A DNA stretch of 64,000 nt from Camelus dromedarius (Eukaryota): assembly GCF_036321535.1 (NCBI RefSeq), contig NC_087472.1:100256001-100320000 (forward strand), given 5' to 3'. Below, piece by piece: positions 27,047-37,497 of this stretch. Below the pieces are notes generated by a model. It searched no databases and was not told the origin of the DNA. It saw only the letters and a program-made list of their open reading frames with translations. Positions within the stretch are counted from its first letter, which is position 1. Each line of letters begins with the position of its first letter. Made by a program: the position numbers and the translations under genes.

Positions 27047-28345
27047 CACAAAAATAAACTGAAAATGGCTTAAAGACTTAAATATAAGAAAATGCACAAT
27101 AAATTAGAAGAAAACATAGGCAAAACATTCTGTGACATACTTTAGCAACATTCTCCTAGAGCAGTCTACCCAGGCTATGGAAATACAAGAAAAATAAACA
27201 AATGGGACCTAATTAAACTCATAAGCTTTTGCACAACAAAGGAAACCATAAGCAAAACAAAACGACAACCTATGGAATGGGAGAAAATATTTGTAACAGA
27301 TGAGACTTACAAGGGTTTCATTTCCAGAATATATAAACAGATCCTACAACTTAATAACAAAAAACCAAGCAACCCAATCCACAAACGGGCAGAAGACCTA
27401 AACTAGCATCTCTCCAATGAAGACATACGAATGGCCAATAGACATATGAAAAAATGCTCAATATCACAAATTATCAGAGAAATGGAAATCAAAACTGCAA
27501 TAAGGTATCACCTCACACCAGTCAGAATGGCCATCATTCAAAAGTGCACAAACGATAAATGCTGGGGAGGGTCTGGAGAAAAGGGAACCCTCCTACACTG
27601 CGGATGGGAATGTAGCTTGGTGCAACCATTATGGAAAACAGAATAGAGATTCCCCCAAAAAACTAAAAATAGACTTACCATATGATCCAGCAATCCCACT
27701 CCTGGGCATATATCTGGAGGGAACCTTAATTCAAAAAGACACCTGCACTCAATGTTCATAGTGGCACTAGTTACAATAGCTAAGACATGGCAGCAACCTA
27801 AATGTCCATCAATAGATGACTGGATAATGAAGTTGTGGTATATTTATACAATGGAATACTACTCAGCCATAAAAAAGATAAAATAATGCCACTTGCAGCA
27901 ACATGGATAGACCTGGAGATTGTCATTCTAAGTGAATTAAGCCAGAAAGAGAAAGAAAAATACCATATGATATCACTCATATGTGGAATGTAAAAAAAAA
28001 AAAAAAAGACACTATGAACTCATCTACAAAACAGAAACAGACTCCCAGACTTAGTAAATAGTCTTATGGTTACCAGGGAGAGGTAGTGGGAGGGGATAAA
28101 TTTGGGGGTTTGAGATTTACAAATGTTAGCCATTCTATATAAAAATAGATTTTAAAAAATGTTTCTTTTGTATAGCACAGGGAACTATGTTCAATATCTT
28201 GTAATAACCTTTAATAGAAAAAAATATGAATATGAATATGTATGTATATATATATGCATGACTGGGACATTGTGCTGTACACCAGAGATTGACACATTGT
28301 AATTGTACTTAAATAAAAAAATTAATTAAATAAAAACAAATAAAT
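27047..28345 (+). mobile_element. 5'-truncated young L1
   Basis: ORF2 C-terminal peptide [10 protein letters not shown]...; A-rich tail; TSD-like aaa(g/a)cctgtatg. Confidence 0.95.
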
Positions 28346-28357
28346 AAAACCTGTATG

Positions 28358-28645
28358 GAGACTCACAGACACAGTAAACAATCTTATGGTTACCGGGGAA
28401 AGGGGGTGGGAAGGGATAAATTTGGGAGTTAGATTTACAAATGTTAGCCACTATATATAAAAATAGATTTAAAAAAAGTTTCTTCTATATAGCACAGGGA
28501 ACTATGTTCAATATCTTGTAATAACCTTTCATGAAAAAGAATATGAAAACAAATATGTGTATGTATATGCGTGACTGGGACATTATGCTGTACCCCAGAA
28601 ATTGACACATCTAACTGACTGTACTTCAATTAAAAAAAAAAAAAA
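28358..28645 (+). mobile_element. Second short L1 3'UTR inserted in tandem at the 3' TSD of the previous L1
   Basis: Repeats the L1 3'UTR with its own poly-A, followed by gctgtatgtaa. Confidence 0.88.
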
Positions 28646-29089
28646 GCTGTATGTAATAGCTGGACCTAGATTCTAACTCTACAGAGAAATTGAAGGAAAA
28701 AAAAAGCTTCTGAAGGAATTCTCCAGGAATACAAAGGTATTCACTACGTAAAGTGAGGAAAAATTATGTCAATAATTTGTTTTGGGGGCAGGGTAGGGTA
28801 TAAATAAACCTAATTATCTCCCCCCTGCAAAAAAAAAAATTACGTTTTGTTTCAGGCTTTTCCAAGATTTGTTTATCATTGCAGAAAAATCCTATTGCCA
28901 GTAGCAATGATGTTAGTGGTATTCAAGTCAGTGATTTAACACTCCACTCCACCCGCAGCTGCCGCGGTCACAACAATTCTATGTTGAGGTGCAAACATGC
29001 AAACACTACGTTTTGGCTCTAATGTAGTCCAAAGTATTTGTTATAAAAAGCTGGCATTGGGCTGTGACAGGACTGAGCGCAGTTTGCTG

Positions 29090-29103
29090 GCGACCCCTAG
29101 TGG
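29090..29103 (-). promoter_or_regulatory. Candidate CTCF site (CCACTAGGGGTCGC)
   Basis: One mismatch to the CCACTAGGGGGCGC consensus; local CpG retention. Confidence 0.55.
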
Positions 29104-30489
29104 TGCACACGAGCAGTGCTCCACTCAGCCGGTGGCTGGGCTTAAAAGCTTTTCGGCTTCAAAACGTGGTAAAGAAATGACCCCTTCCCCCACCCCACAG
29201 CCCCCAGCCTCAAAAACACAAAACTCCCTGAGTTGTCCTTGGTCACCTCTCCCATTTATCGTCATTTGGATTCCCCGCCCCACCCCCACCCCCAAGCCAC
29301 ACAGCTACTGTTCCTTAAAGTGAATCCTCATTTCTGGAGAAGGAGATGCTTCTGAAGAGTTCACTCCTGTTAGTATGCAGGTGGCTGAGCAGAGGGGATG
29401 CAGGAGAAAGCGAGCGGTCGAGGGGCCAGGGAAAGAATGCCAGCCCCATGTGTCTGTTCATACCCAGAAAATTTAAGCAAAGATGGCAGTCATGTCACAT
29501 CCCATTATTTTTTCTGTCTTACCTGCTGGTGCCGCCCCGCTCTTTTCCTCCATTCATGGAAGGGTCCCAACGTGTACTTTCGGGCCATGGTTTTCTCAAA
29601 CCAGTGGTTCTTCAACTTAGCGCTCACCAGCCTCACTCGAGAGAGGCTCTTGCAGTGGGCTTGGCGGTGCCAACCCCAGGGTTAACGATCCAGGTGGTCT
29701 GGGTGGGGCTGACCTTGCATCTCCCACGAGCTCTCAGGTAATGATGATATGGCTTGTTTGGGGACCAGCTCAAAGTCTGCTTTAAATCCTTGCCTGCATG
29801 AGCAGTATTTAATCAGTCTCATGTTACGAGACTACGATTCTATGCAGTTTCCAAAGTACCTCGATTTTAAGGAATTTTGCATTTTTCTAAAGACAACAGA
29901 GCAGTGTAAGACTACCTCATAGAAAGGGTCCCTGTGAATCCTTTCCTTGAGAGGGTGAGCAGAATCAGCTGTGCTTTATTCCCACGGGGACGTGAGGTTT
30001 CACCCAAATGACAGGATTTCCCCGAAATGAGCCTCTGTGCCTCCAATAAAATATTTCACTGAGAAAAGCTATTTGCTTCTCTTGGCAGCTTTCAGGCCTC
30101 AGCTCTGAAAGAATAGTGTCTTTTGGCAGCCGAAGTAGGTGTCTTTTCAGAGTGAAGAACTCGAATCTTAAAGGGCCACAGTACTTTCGTATTCCTCCTT
30201 TCTCTTAGGCACATTCCTTGCAATCATTTTGAAAATTAAAATCCTCCTGGGCTTTCTCAAAAATGAATACATAAGAGAGAAAGAAAGAAAAAGAACGTGG
30301 AGGGAAGAAAGAAGATAATTAAGAAAAAAAGGAAGAGAGGGGAGGAGGAGGGACCTAGGTTGAGAGAATCGGCTGGGAAGGGGAGAAAATGGTGGTTTTC
30401 CTGGAGAGGAGAATACTGAAAGAGGGACATGTGAGAGGAACTGAAGAAAGCACAGGGAAGCAAGATTTTCTTCCCCCAAGAGGACAGCA

Positions 30490-30900
30490 TCGGCCTGGCG
30501 GGCAAGGGTACTGCTCACACAGCTTCCCCAGCGGCGGGTCCGCGGCATCCGAGTCTGCAGGCGCAGGGGCAGGCGCAGGCGCGTTGGCTCCAGCGGTGCC
30601 GCCCTCTGGCATTCACACTCTCGCGCGTTCCTCCCGCCTAGGGGACCAGGGTTGGTCTGTCTGTGCGACCGACCGACCCACGGCACACAGCAGAAGCCGC
30701 GTTCTGTCACTGCTGAGGCTGGGTCATAAAGGCAGTAGGCTTTTTTCCGTCTCTGGATCACGGGTGCTGGGATAAGCCTGACGCCCCGCGGAGCAGCAGG
30801 GTAGGCAGACCGACCACGTGGCGCCCGCCGCCGGCGTGAGTGGGCTGGGAACCGCCCCTCCTGGCCGCGCCCACCGCAGCCCCGCCCACAAGTGGGCTGC
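30490..30900. promoter_or_regulatory. Orphan CpG island / putative promoter or enhancer
   Basis: High GC and CpG; NRF1-like GCGCAGGCGC 30573-30582, E-box CACGTG 30815-30820, GC boxes at 30852 and 30881. Confidence 0.7.
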
Positions 30901-31660
30901 ACTCTCTCCAGACCTTGAACCCCAAACACCCGGCTCAGCTGCTTCTGGATTGCTGAGCCACAGAAACTGGGAGATAATGAAGGTCTGTTGTGTTCAGCCG
31001 CTGAGTTTTGTACCAAAACAGGACAGATGTCTGCCACAGGGAGAAAAGATTGGAAACACAGCACCCGTTGAATGAGGAATATTCCCCACTGATTTGCCTT
31101 CCCTCCCCCTCAGCTGCTTGGCAAACTTGATTTTCCATCTCCCTGGGGCATCTTTTAGTATAAAGACCATGATTCTCGTTACCTGAATTATACATTCCCA
31201 AGTTCTCCCTCTAATAGAGAAGTCCTTATACACTCTTTCCTTCTTTCATTGTTAACATGATGGTGAAGTTGTGGAGAAGGAAAGAGACAAAGTTTCCTCC
31301 TACCTCAATTGTAGGGAGCTGCCATATTTATCCTAAGAACCTGGCCATGCTGAAGGTCCAAATTCATTCATTCATTCATCCAACAGGTATGTAGGGAGTG
31401 CCTATTCTAGGACTGGGGGATACAGAAAACCAACAAAATCTATCCCACATTGTAAAATGGCTTAGATAAGTTTGCAAAAACTGGCATCAAAAGCAACTGG
31501 TAGATTTAATCAACAGGTATCCTAGGTTCTTTGGAAAGACTCAGGAGAGCAAAGTTTTCCAATCTTGACAGCTCTTCAAAACTGAAAGAATTATAAAAAT
31601 TATACAGTAAAAAGATAAACCTAGTTATGTGTGAAACTAATATTTAAGAAGTGGGTACTC

Positions 31661-31844
31661 CAGTGGTTCTCAACATGCAGTCCCAGACAAATAGCATCAA
31701 CATAAACTGGGAAACTCGTTAGAAATGTAAATCTCCAGATCCCATCCCAAACCTCCTGAATAAGAAACTCTGGGGATGGGGACATGAAATCTTGGTTTGA
31801 AAAAGCTCTCAAGGTGATTTGGATGCCAAGTTTGAGGACTACTG
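31661..31844. mobile_element. MER5A-like hAT-Charlie MITE
   Basis: cagtggttctcaa...ttgaggactactg TIRs, 8-bp TSD-like gggtactc/gtgtactt. Confidence 0.8.
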
Positions 31845-31862
31845 GTGTACTTTATAACAATT

Positions 31863-32698
31863 CCACCAGGTGGCACTCTTTAACAAAAATATATATACTT
31901 TTTTTGTGCAACTGCTAGATAACCCTGCCAGGTGACACTCTAACATGAAAAATTGAAAACATATCTGTTCTGCAATTGCAGGAAAATTCCACTGAGTGGC
32001 GCTCTAACCTGAGTAATAGGAAAACTATTTTGCAGTAACACGGTATTTCCACCAGATGGCATGCTGGGGTGCCACCTGGTGGAATTAATATGCAATTGCA
32101 GAACACTTTTTTTTTTTTTACTGTTACAGGTTTACACACCTATCTGAAGGTAAAGTTCCTGTGAAACGTTTGCAAGCAGAAATGGCATAAAGCAGAGCGT
32201 ATCCCTGCTCTCTGAAAGTTCGAGTTATACCACTTCACTTTAACAACAGACCAACATTAGTACAGTAATGGTTTCTTTTTGGTAAGAGCAAAAATACTCC
32301 TCTTCAGACGTCTTTCGTTATTGAAAATAGGTACTAATGTAAGTCTTTCATAGAAACGAAGAACAAACAACTTCAGGAAGCAGGAGATACCGGTAGTATG
32401 AAAAACACGATCTGCAATTACACGATGAATCCACTAGGGGGCACTGTAACACAAGAAAGAAAATAATTATATAATGTCATCCGCAATTACAGAAAATCGC
32501 CACACGATGGCGCTCTAACACAAGAAATAGAAAAACCGGCGCTGCAATTATATAAAAATTCCATTAGATGGCACTCTAACATAAGAAATGGAAAAGGTTG
32601 GCGCTGAACTTTCAGAAAATTTCCACAGGGTGACAATCTAACATAAGAAATCAAAGCTATACTTCTTGTGTTTCTATAAACTTTCCATTAGATGACAT
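31863..32698 (+). repeat. Degenerate ~62-bp tandem array, each unit carrying a CTCF-like motif (candidate insulator cluster)
   Basis: Cores at 31863, 31925, 31989, 32049, 32069-32082 (minus), 32431, 32500, 32561, 32623, 32685; unit ~ctgcaattacagaaaattCCACYAGRTGGCRCtctaacayaagaaat. Confidence 0.85.
32197..32393. mobile_element. TcMar-Tigger-derived MITE interrupting the CTCF-motif array
   Basis: Long imperfect TIRs: gtatccctgct..gaaagtt...agaccaacattagtac versus gtactaatgtaagtct...gaagcaggagatac. Confidence 0.65.
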
Positions 32699-32804
32699 TC
32701 TAACACAAACAATAGGAATAATTTGCATTTTTGTAACGAAAGTCTTTTGATTTATAAGCAGAAAGGATATGACATACATGATGATTAACTTACAGGATTT
32801 ATTT

Positions 32805-32968
32805 AGCTAGTAAATTAAAGCATAAATTAAAATTTACTTATTTAAATTTATTTATTTAATAATATTTAATTTATTTAAATATTTTCTAAATAAAACAATT
32901 TATTTAAATAATAATTTATAAATAACTTTAAACAATATTTGTTTAAACAATATTTAAATTTATTTAAA
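32805..32968. repeat. Extremely AT-rich low-complexity tract
   Basis: Almost exclusively A/T, repeated tatttaaat / aaacaatattt. Confidence 0.9.
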
Positions 32969-32975
32969 GTAATCC

Positions 32976-34680
32976 TCTGGGAGGGTTATTCCTCCAGTTT
33001 CGTTCTTTTTCTTCAGTATTGCTTTGGTAATTCTGGGTCTTTTGTGACTCCATATAAATTTTAGGATTATTTGTTCTAGTTCTGTGAAAAATGTCCTGGG
33101 CAATTTGATAGGGACACATTAAATCTGTACATTGCTTTGGGTAAAATAACCCTCCCAGACTTCAGACAATACTACAGAGGTACAGTATTCAAAACAGCAT
33201 ATATTGGTACAAAAACAGACATATGGATCAATGGAACAGAATACAGAGCCCAAAAATAAACCCACAAATTTTTGGTCAATTAATCTTTGACAAAGGAGGC
33301 AAGAACATACAATGGAGTAAAGACAGTCTCTTTAGCAAATGGTGTTGGGAAAACTGGACAGTAGCATGTAAATCAATGAAGTTAGAACACTCCTTTACAC
33401 CATACACAAAAATAAACTCAAAATGGCTTAAAGACTTAAACATAAGACAAGACACTATAAACCTCTTAGAAGAAAACAGGCAAAACATTATCTGACATAA
33501 ATCTTAGCAATGTTCTCTTATGACAGTTTACCCAGGCAATAGAAATAAAAGCAAAAATAAACAAATAGGACCTAATTAAACTTATACACTTTGGCACAGC
33601 AAAGGAAACCATTAGCAAAACAAAATGACAACCTATGGAATGGAGAAAATATTTGCAAAAGATAAGACTGACAAGGACTTCATTTCCAGAATATATAAAC
33701 AGCTCATATAACTTAATAACAAAAAAACAAACAACCCAATCCACAAATGGGCAGAAGACCTAAACAAGCATTTCTCCAATGAAGACATATGAATGGCCAT
33801 TAGGCACATGAAAAAATGTTCAATATCACTAATTATCAGAAAAATGCAACTCAAAACTACAATGAGGTTATCACCTCACACCAGTCAGAATGGCCATCAA
33901 TCAAAAGTCCACAAACAATAAATTCTGGAGAGGGTGTGGAGAAAAGGGAACCCTCCTACACTGCTGGTGGGAATGTGTTTTGGAGCAGCCGTTATGGAAA
34001 ACAGTATGGAGACTCCTCAAAAGACTAAAAATAGACTTACTATATGATCCAGCAATCCCACTCCTGGGCATATATCCAGAGGGATATATTTTCAAAAAGA
34101 TACATGCACCCCAATAGCAACACTATTTACAACAGCCAAGACATGGAAACAACCTAAATGTCTACCAATAGATGACTGGATAAAGAAGCTGTAGTATATT
34201 TATACAATGGAACACTAGTCAGCCATTAAAAAGAATAAAATAATGCCATTTGCAGCAACATGGATGGCCCTGGAGATCATCATTCTAAGTGAACTAAGCC
34301 AGAAAAAGAAAAAAAAAAATTCCATAGGCTATCACTTATATGTGGAATCTAAAAAAAAAGACAAAAGCACTTATTTATAAAACAGAAACAGACTCACAGA
34401 CATAGAAAACAAAACTATGGTTACCAGGGTGGGGGGGGGAAGGGGTAGGAAGGGATAAATTGGGAGTTTGAGATTTGCAGATAATAACTACTACATATAA
34501 AATAAATAAACAACAAGTTCAAACTGTGTAGCACAGGGAACTATATTCAATATCTTGTAGTAACTTATGGTGAAAGAGAATATGAAAATGCATATAAGTA
34601 TGTTCATGTATAACTGAAACATTATGCTGTACACCAGAAACTGACACATTATAAACTGACTGTACTTCAATAAAAATATC
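32976..34680 (+). mobile_element. Young L1 with 5' inversion (twin priming): 32976-33142 inverted, 33145-34680 forward
   Basis: ORF2 peptides ([14 protein letters not shown]...); the inverted segment is the immediately upstream ORF2 sequence; 15 bp (aataaccctcccaga) shared by both segments. Confidence 0.93.
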
Positions 34681-37280
34681 TATATATACATATATATGTA
34701 TAGTATGTATATTTCCAAGTGCTTCGGACATATCTTAATTACAGTGCTTATTCTTTGCTTTTTAATGGCTTATTTATACTCACTTCCCACCATTGGTCCT
34801 CTAGGGCAGAGACCAAATATCTAACTTTTCTACCTCCCCCAGCCTGTCCTACAGTAGCTGATGCATAATAGTGAAAGAAAGAATGAATAAAACTGTGAGA
34901 GGGCAGTGAACAAGGAGGGAAGAAAACATGAATAGCATAAAAATCTAGATTCTTTGAGCTCTATTCCCAGGGCTCCTGTATCCTACAGCAGGACAGGTAG
35001 GGTGCAATGAGGAGGGAAATGTGATTGAGACAGAAATAACAATGATATTCAATTAAATGCCTTCCAAGTTTGAGATTTTTTTAAAAGTCAGTGAATTAAA
35101 AGATAAGAAAAATAGCAAAGTATATCAAAAAGGATAAAATTCATTGAGAAAACTAGGTTTGAGTGAGTTTTCAATAGCCATAAAAAATCTTTGTCATTTC
35201 ATTGCTCTGGAACTTGATTTTTTAACTTAAATGTTGGCGTCATTCACCCAGAGGAGCCTGGGAGAGCTGCCTATTAGCTTTCAGGGGGATTCATTCCCTG
35301 GAGGGAGCTTCCTGGTCTATCCAAGGCTGAGCTGGACGAGCAGCCATGGGAGGAGGAGATCAGGGCCTTCCAATTTGCAGACCAGACACAGGAGGAGGGC
35401 TGGCCTCAGGGAATGTGGCCATATTTGCCTTCCTGCCCTCGCACCTGCTCTTTCGGCCCCTACTGGACTGCTCTTCCCTGAGCTCCCCTCACCCCGTCAA
35501 AATCTGCTCCCCCAGCGGTCACCCCCTGAACACCCTCAGCACTTCCGGTGCCGCAGCCTGAAAGCTGTTTCTAACCCAGAAATGATCATCTATCCCATTA
35601 GACCTCTGACAGCCCTGAAATTCACGGTCACACCGCTCCTTAGGGCCCAGTCTCCACCACTGCCTTCTGCTGTGCCTTTTGGAAGGGAATTTGCATTTTG
35701 TCCTGAGCTAAAAACCTAAACCAAAAAGACATCTCAAATGGTGGTGTTTCAGCCATCAGCCACCGAATAGGGATTTTTTCCAGTAAGAAAATGAGCCTCT
35801 CCCCGCAAGCCCGGCCGTGCTTTGGCCTCTGCTCTGTGCTGCTTACACAGCCGGGAGCTCCTGGCGCCACTTGGCTCTGACTCCCAAGGAAGTTACAAAA
35901 TGCCCTACTTCCTGGATGTTAGCCTATTTAAAAATAAAAATGGGTTTACAAGGCCCTGGCATTCGTGCTGTCTGTCATTAGTCACTGCTTCATTCCCTGG
36001 AGCTTCGGCTTCAAGCAGTCCAAGCGCTTTGCCAAGCCCCCAGCCCCAGGCTGTCGCCCCTGCTCGCCCACAGCTGGCACAGCTCACCGGCGCTGCAGGG
36101 TCTGTGCGCGGCGCCAGCTCTTCTCGGGAATCGCCGCCACCCCCGAGGCTCACCTGGGCTTCTGCGGAGGGCACATCTCCCCGTGCCACTCTCGTCCTGC
36201 TCGGGTTCACTTCCGACCCGGGGTCAGGGCGCGGGGAACTGCGAAAAGCGTCAACCAGATCTTGGCCCTCCTCTGCTTACCAGCCGGCAGCACCTTTCCA
36301 GTTAAAGTGCAACCCAAACTTCCTGCTAAGACCGCTGAAGGATCCACCTGACCTGGCCTCCAAATTCCTCCCTTTTCCCTTGCCTTATGTTTGCTGTAGT
36401 CCAGCCGCTTCTCTTTCTTTTCCTCAAATACTCTACTCATTCCCAGCTCAGGGCTTCGGAGGCACGCTTTCATCAGCCCTCACCCAGCGCACCGCTCAGC
36501 GAGGCTGACCAGCTAAAGGGACCCCCTCCCCTCCCTGCCAGCAAGCGACTCTCTTCCATGGGGTGTAATTCTCTTCACAGAATTAGCTTGTTGCATACAT
36601 GTGCCCATGTTTATCATCTGCCCCCCTCACTAGAGTGGGGGATTCCTCCAGGGTCAGCATCTTGAGTACGGTGTTCACCTCTGTATCCTCAGAGCCTACG
36701 ACAGTGTTTGGCACACAGTAGGTGCTCAATAAGCACATTTTGATGGAATCTTTTCCACTCAGGCTGAATCGTAACTTTAGCAAACCCCTTGGAGAATTCT
36801 CTTGCGTTGTTGCATTTACGTCCCTCCGTGGAATCACAGTTAATCACTGAACGTTATGGTACTTAGGAAGTCTTTGATATAGAACATTACAGGGGGTTCT
36901 GTTTATCTCACGTTCTTCCTCCAGTGTCAGGACAGATGAGAAATGAACAGATGAGGGCCTCCCATGAGGTTGGCATGACTTCAAAAATTTTTTTTTTTTT
37001 TGGAGTTGGTAAACCATGACTTTAACTTTGTAAAGTCTAAGCTTCTTAGAACTAAACAGATGATGTCTTGGAACCTGTCATTTGCTGTTGTTTTACACAT
37101 TTGAGGAAGTGGCCTCATCTTCTGGAAGACATATTACTTTAGGTTAAATGGTGACATGACATTGGTTTCTTCAAAGTGAAAAAAAAAGTCATGCAACTCT
37201 GAAGCAACTTTTGAATAATCTTATTTCACGTCATGGTCATTAACTACTATCATTTTTTAATGATTTTAGATTATTTTAGA

Positions 37281-37497
37281 TTGTTGTTTCTCAGCCGGGA
37301 GTGATCTTGCTCCCAGGGGACACTTGGCAATGTCTGAAGACACTGTTGGTTGTCACAGCCAGGGGGTGGGGGATTGTTGGCATCTAATGGGTAGACACCC
37401 GGGATGTTGTTAAACATCCTACAGGGCACAGAGCAGTCCCCACAGCAAAGAATGATCCAGTCCAACATGTCAACATTACTGAGACTGAGAAATGCTG
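37281..37497 (+). mobile_element. MER20-like hAT MITE
   Basis: ggacacttggcaatgtctgaagac...aagaatgatccag...tgagaaatgctg; similar to 49379-49597. Confidence 0.85.

Noticed and set aside
30168..31064. 298-aa minus-strand ORF, the longest in the window
   Set aside because: Spans an LTR fragment, a CpG island and a purine-rich tract; low complexity, no domain; expected in stop-poor GC-rich DNA
31863..32698. CRISPR-like repeat-spacer appearance of the ~62-bp array
   Set aside because: Mammalian DNA, no cas genes, degenerate repeats and mutually homologous spacers; better explained as a CTCF-motif tandem repeat
35822..36508. 228-aa plus-strand ORF
   Set aside because: Pro/Ser/Ala-rich, GC-driven, no recognisable homology or exon structure
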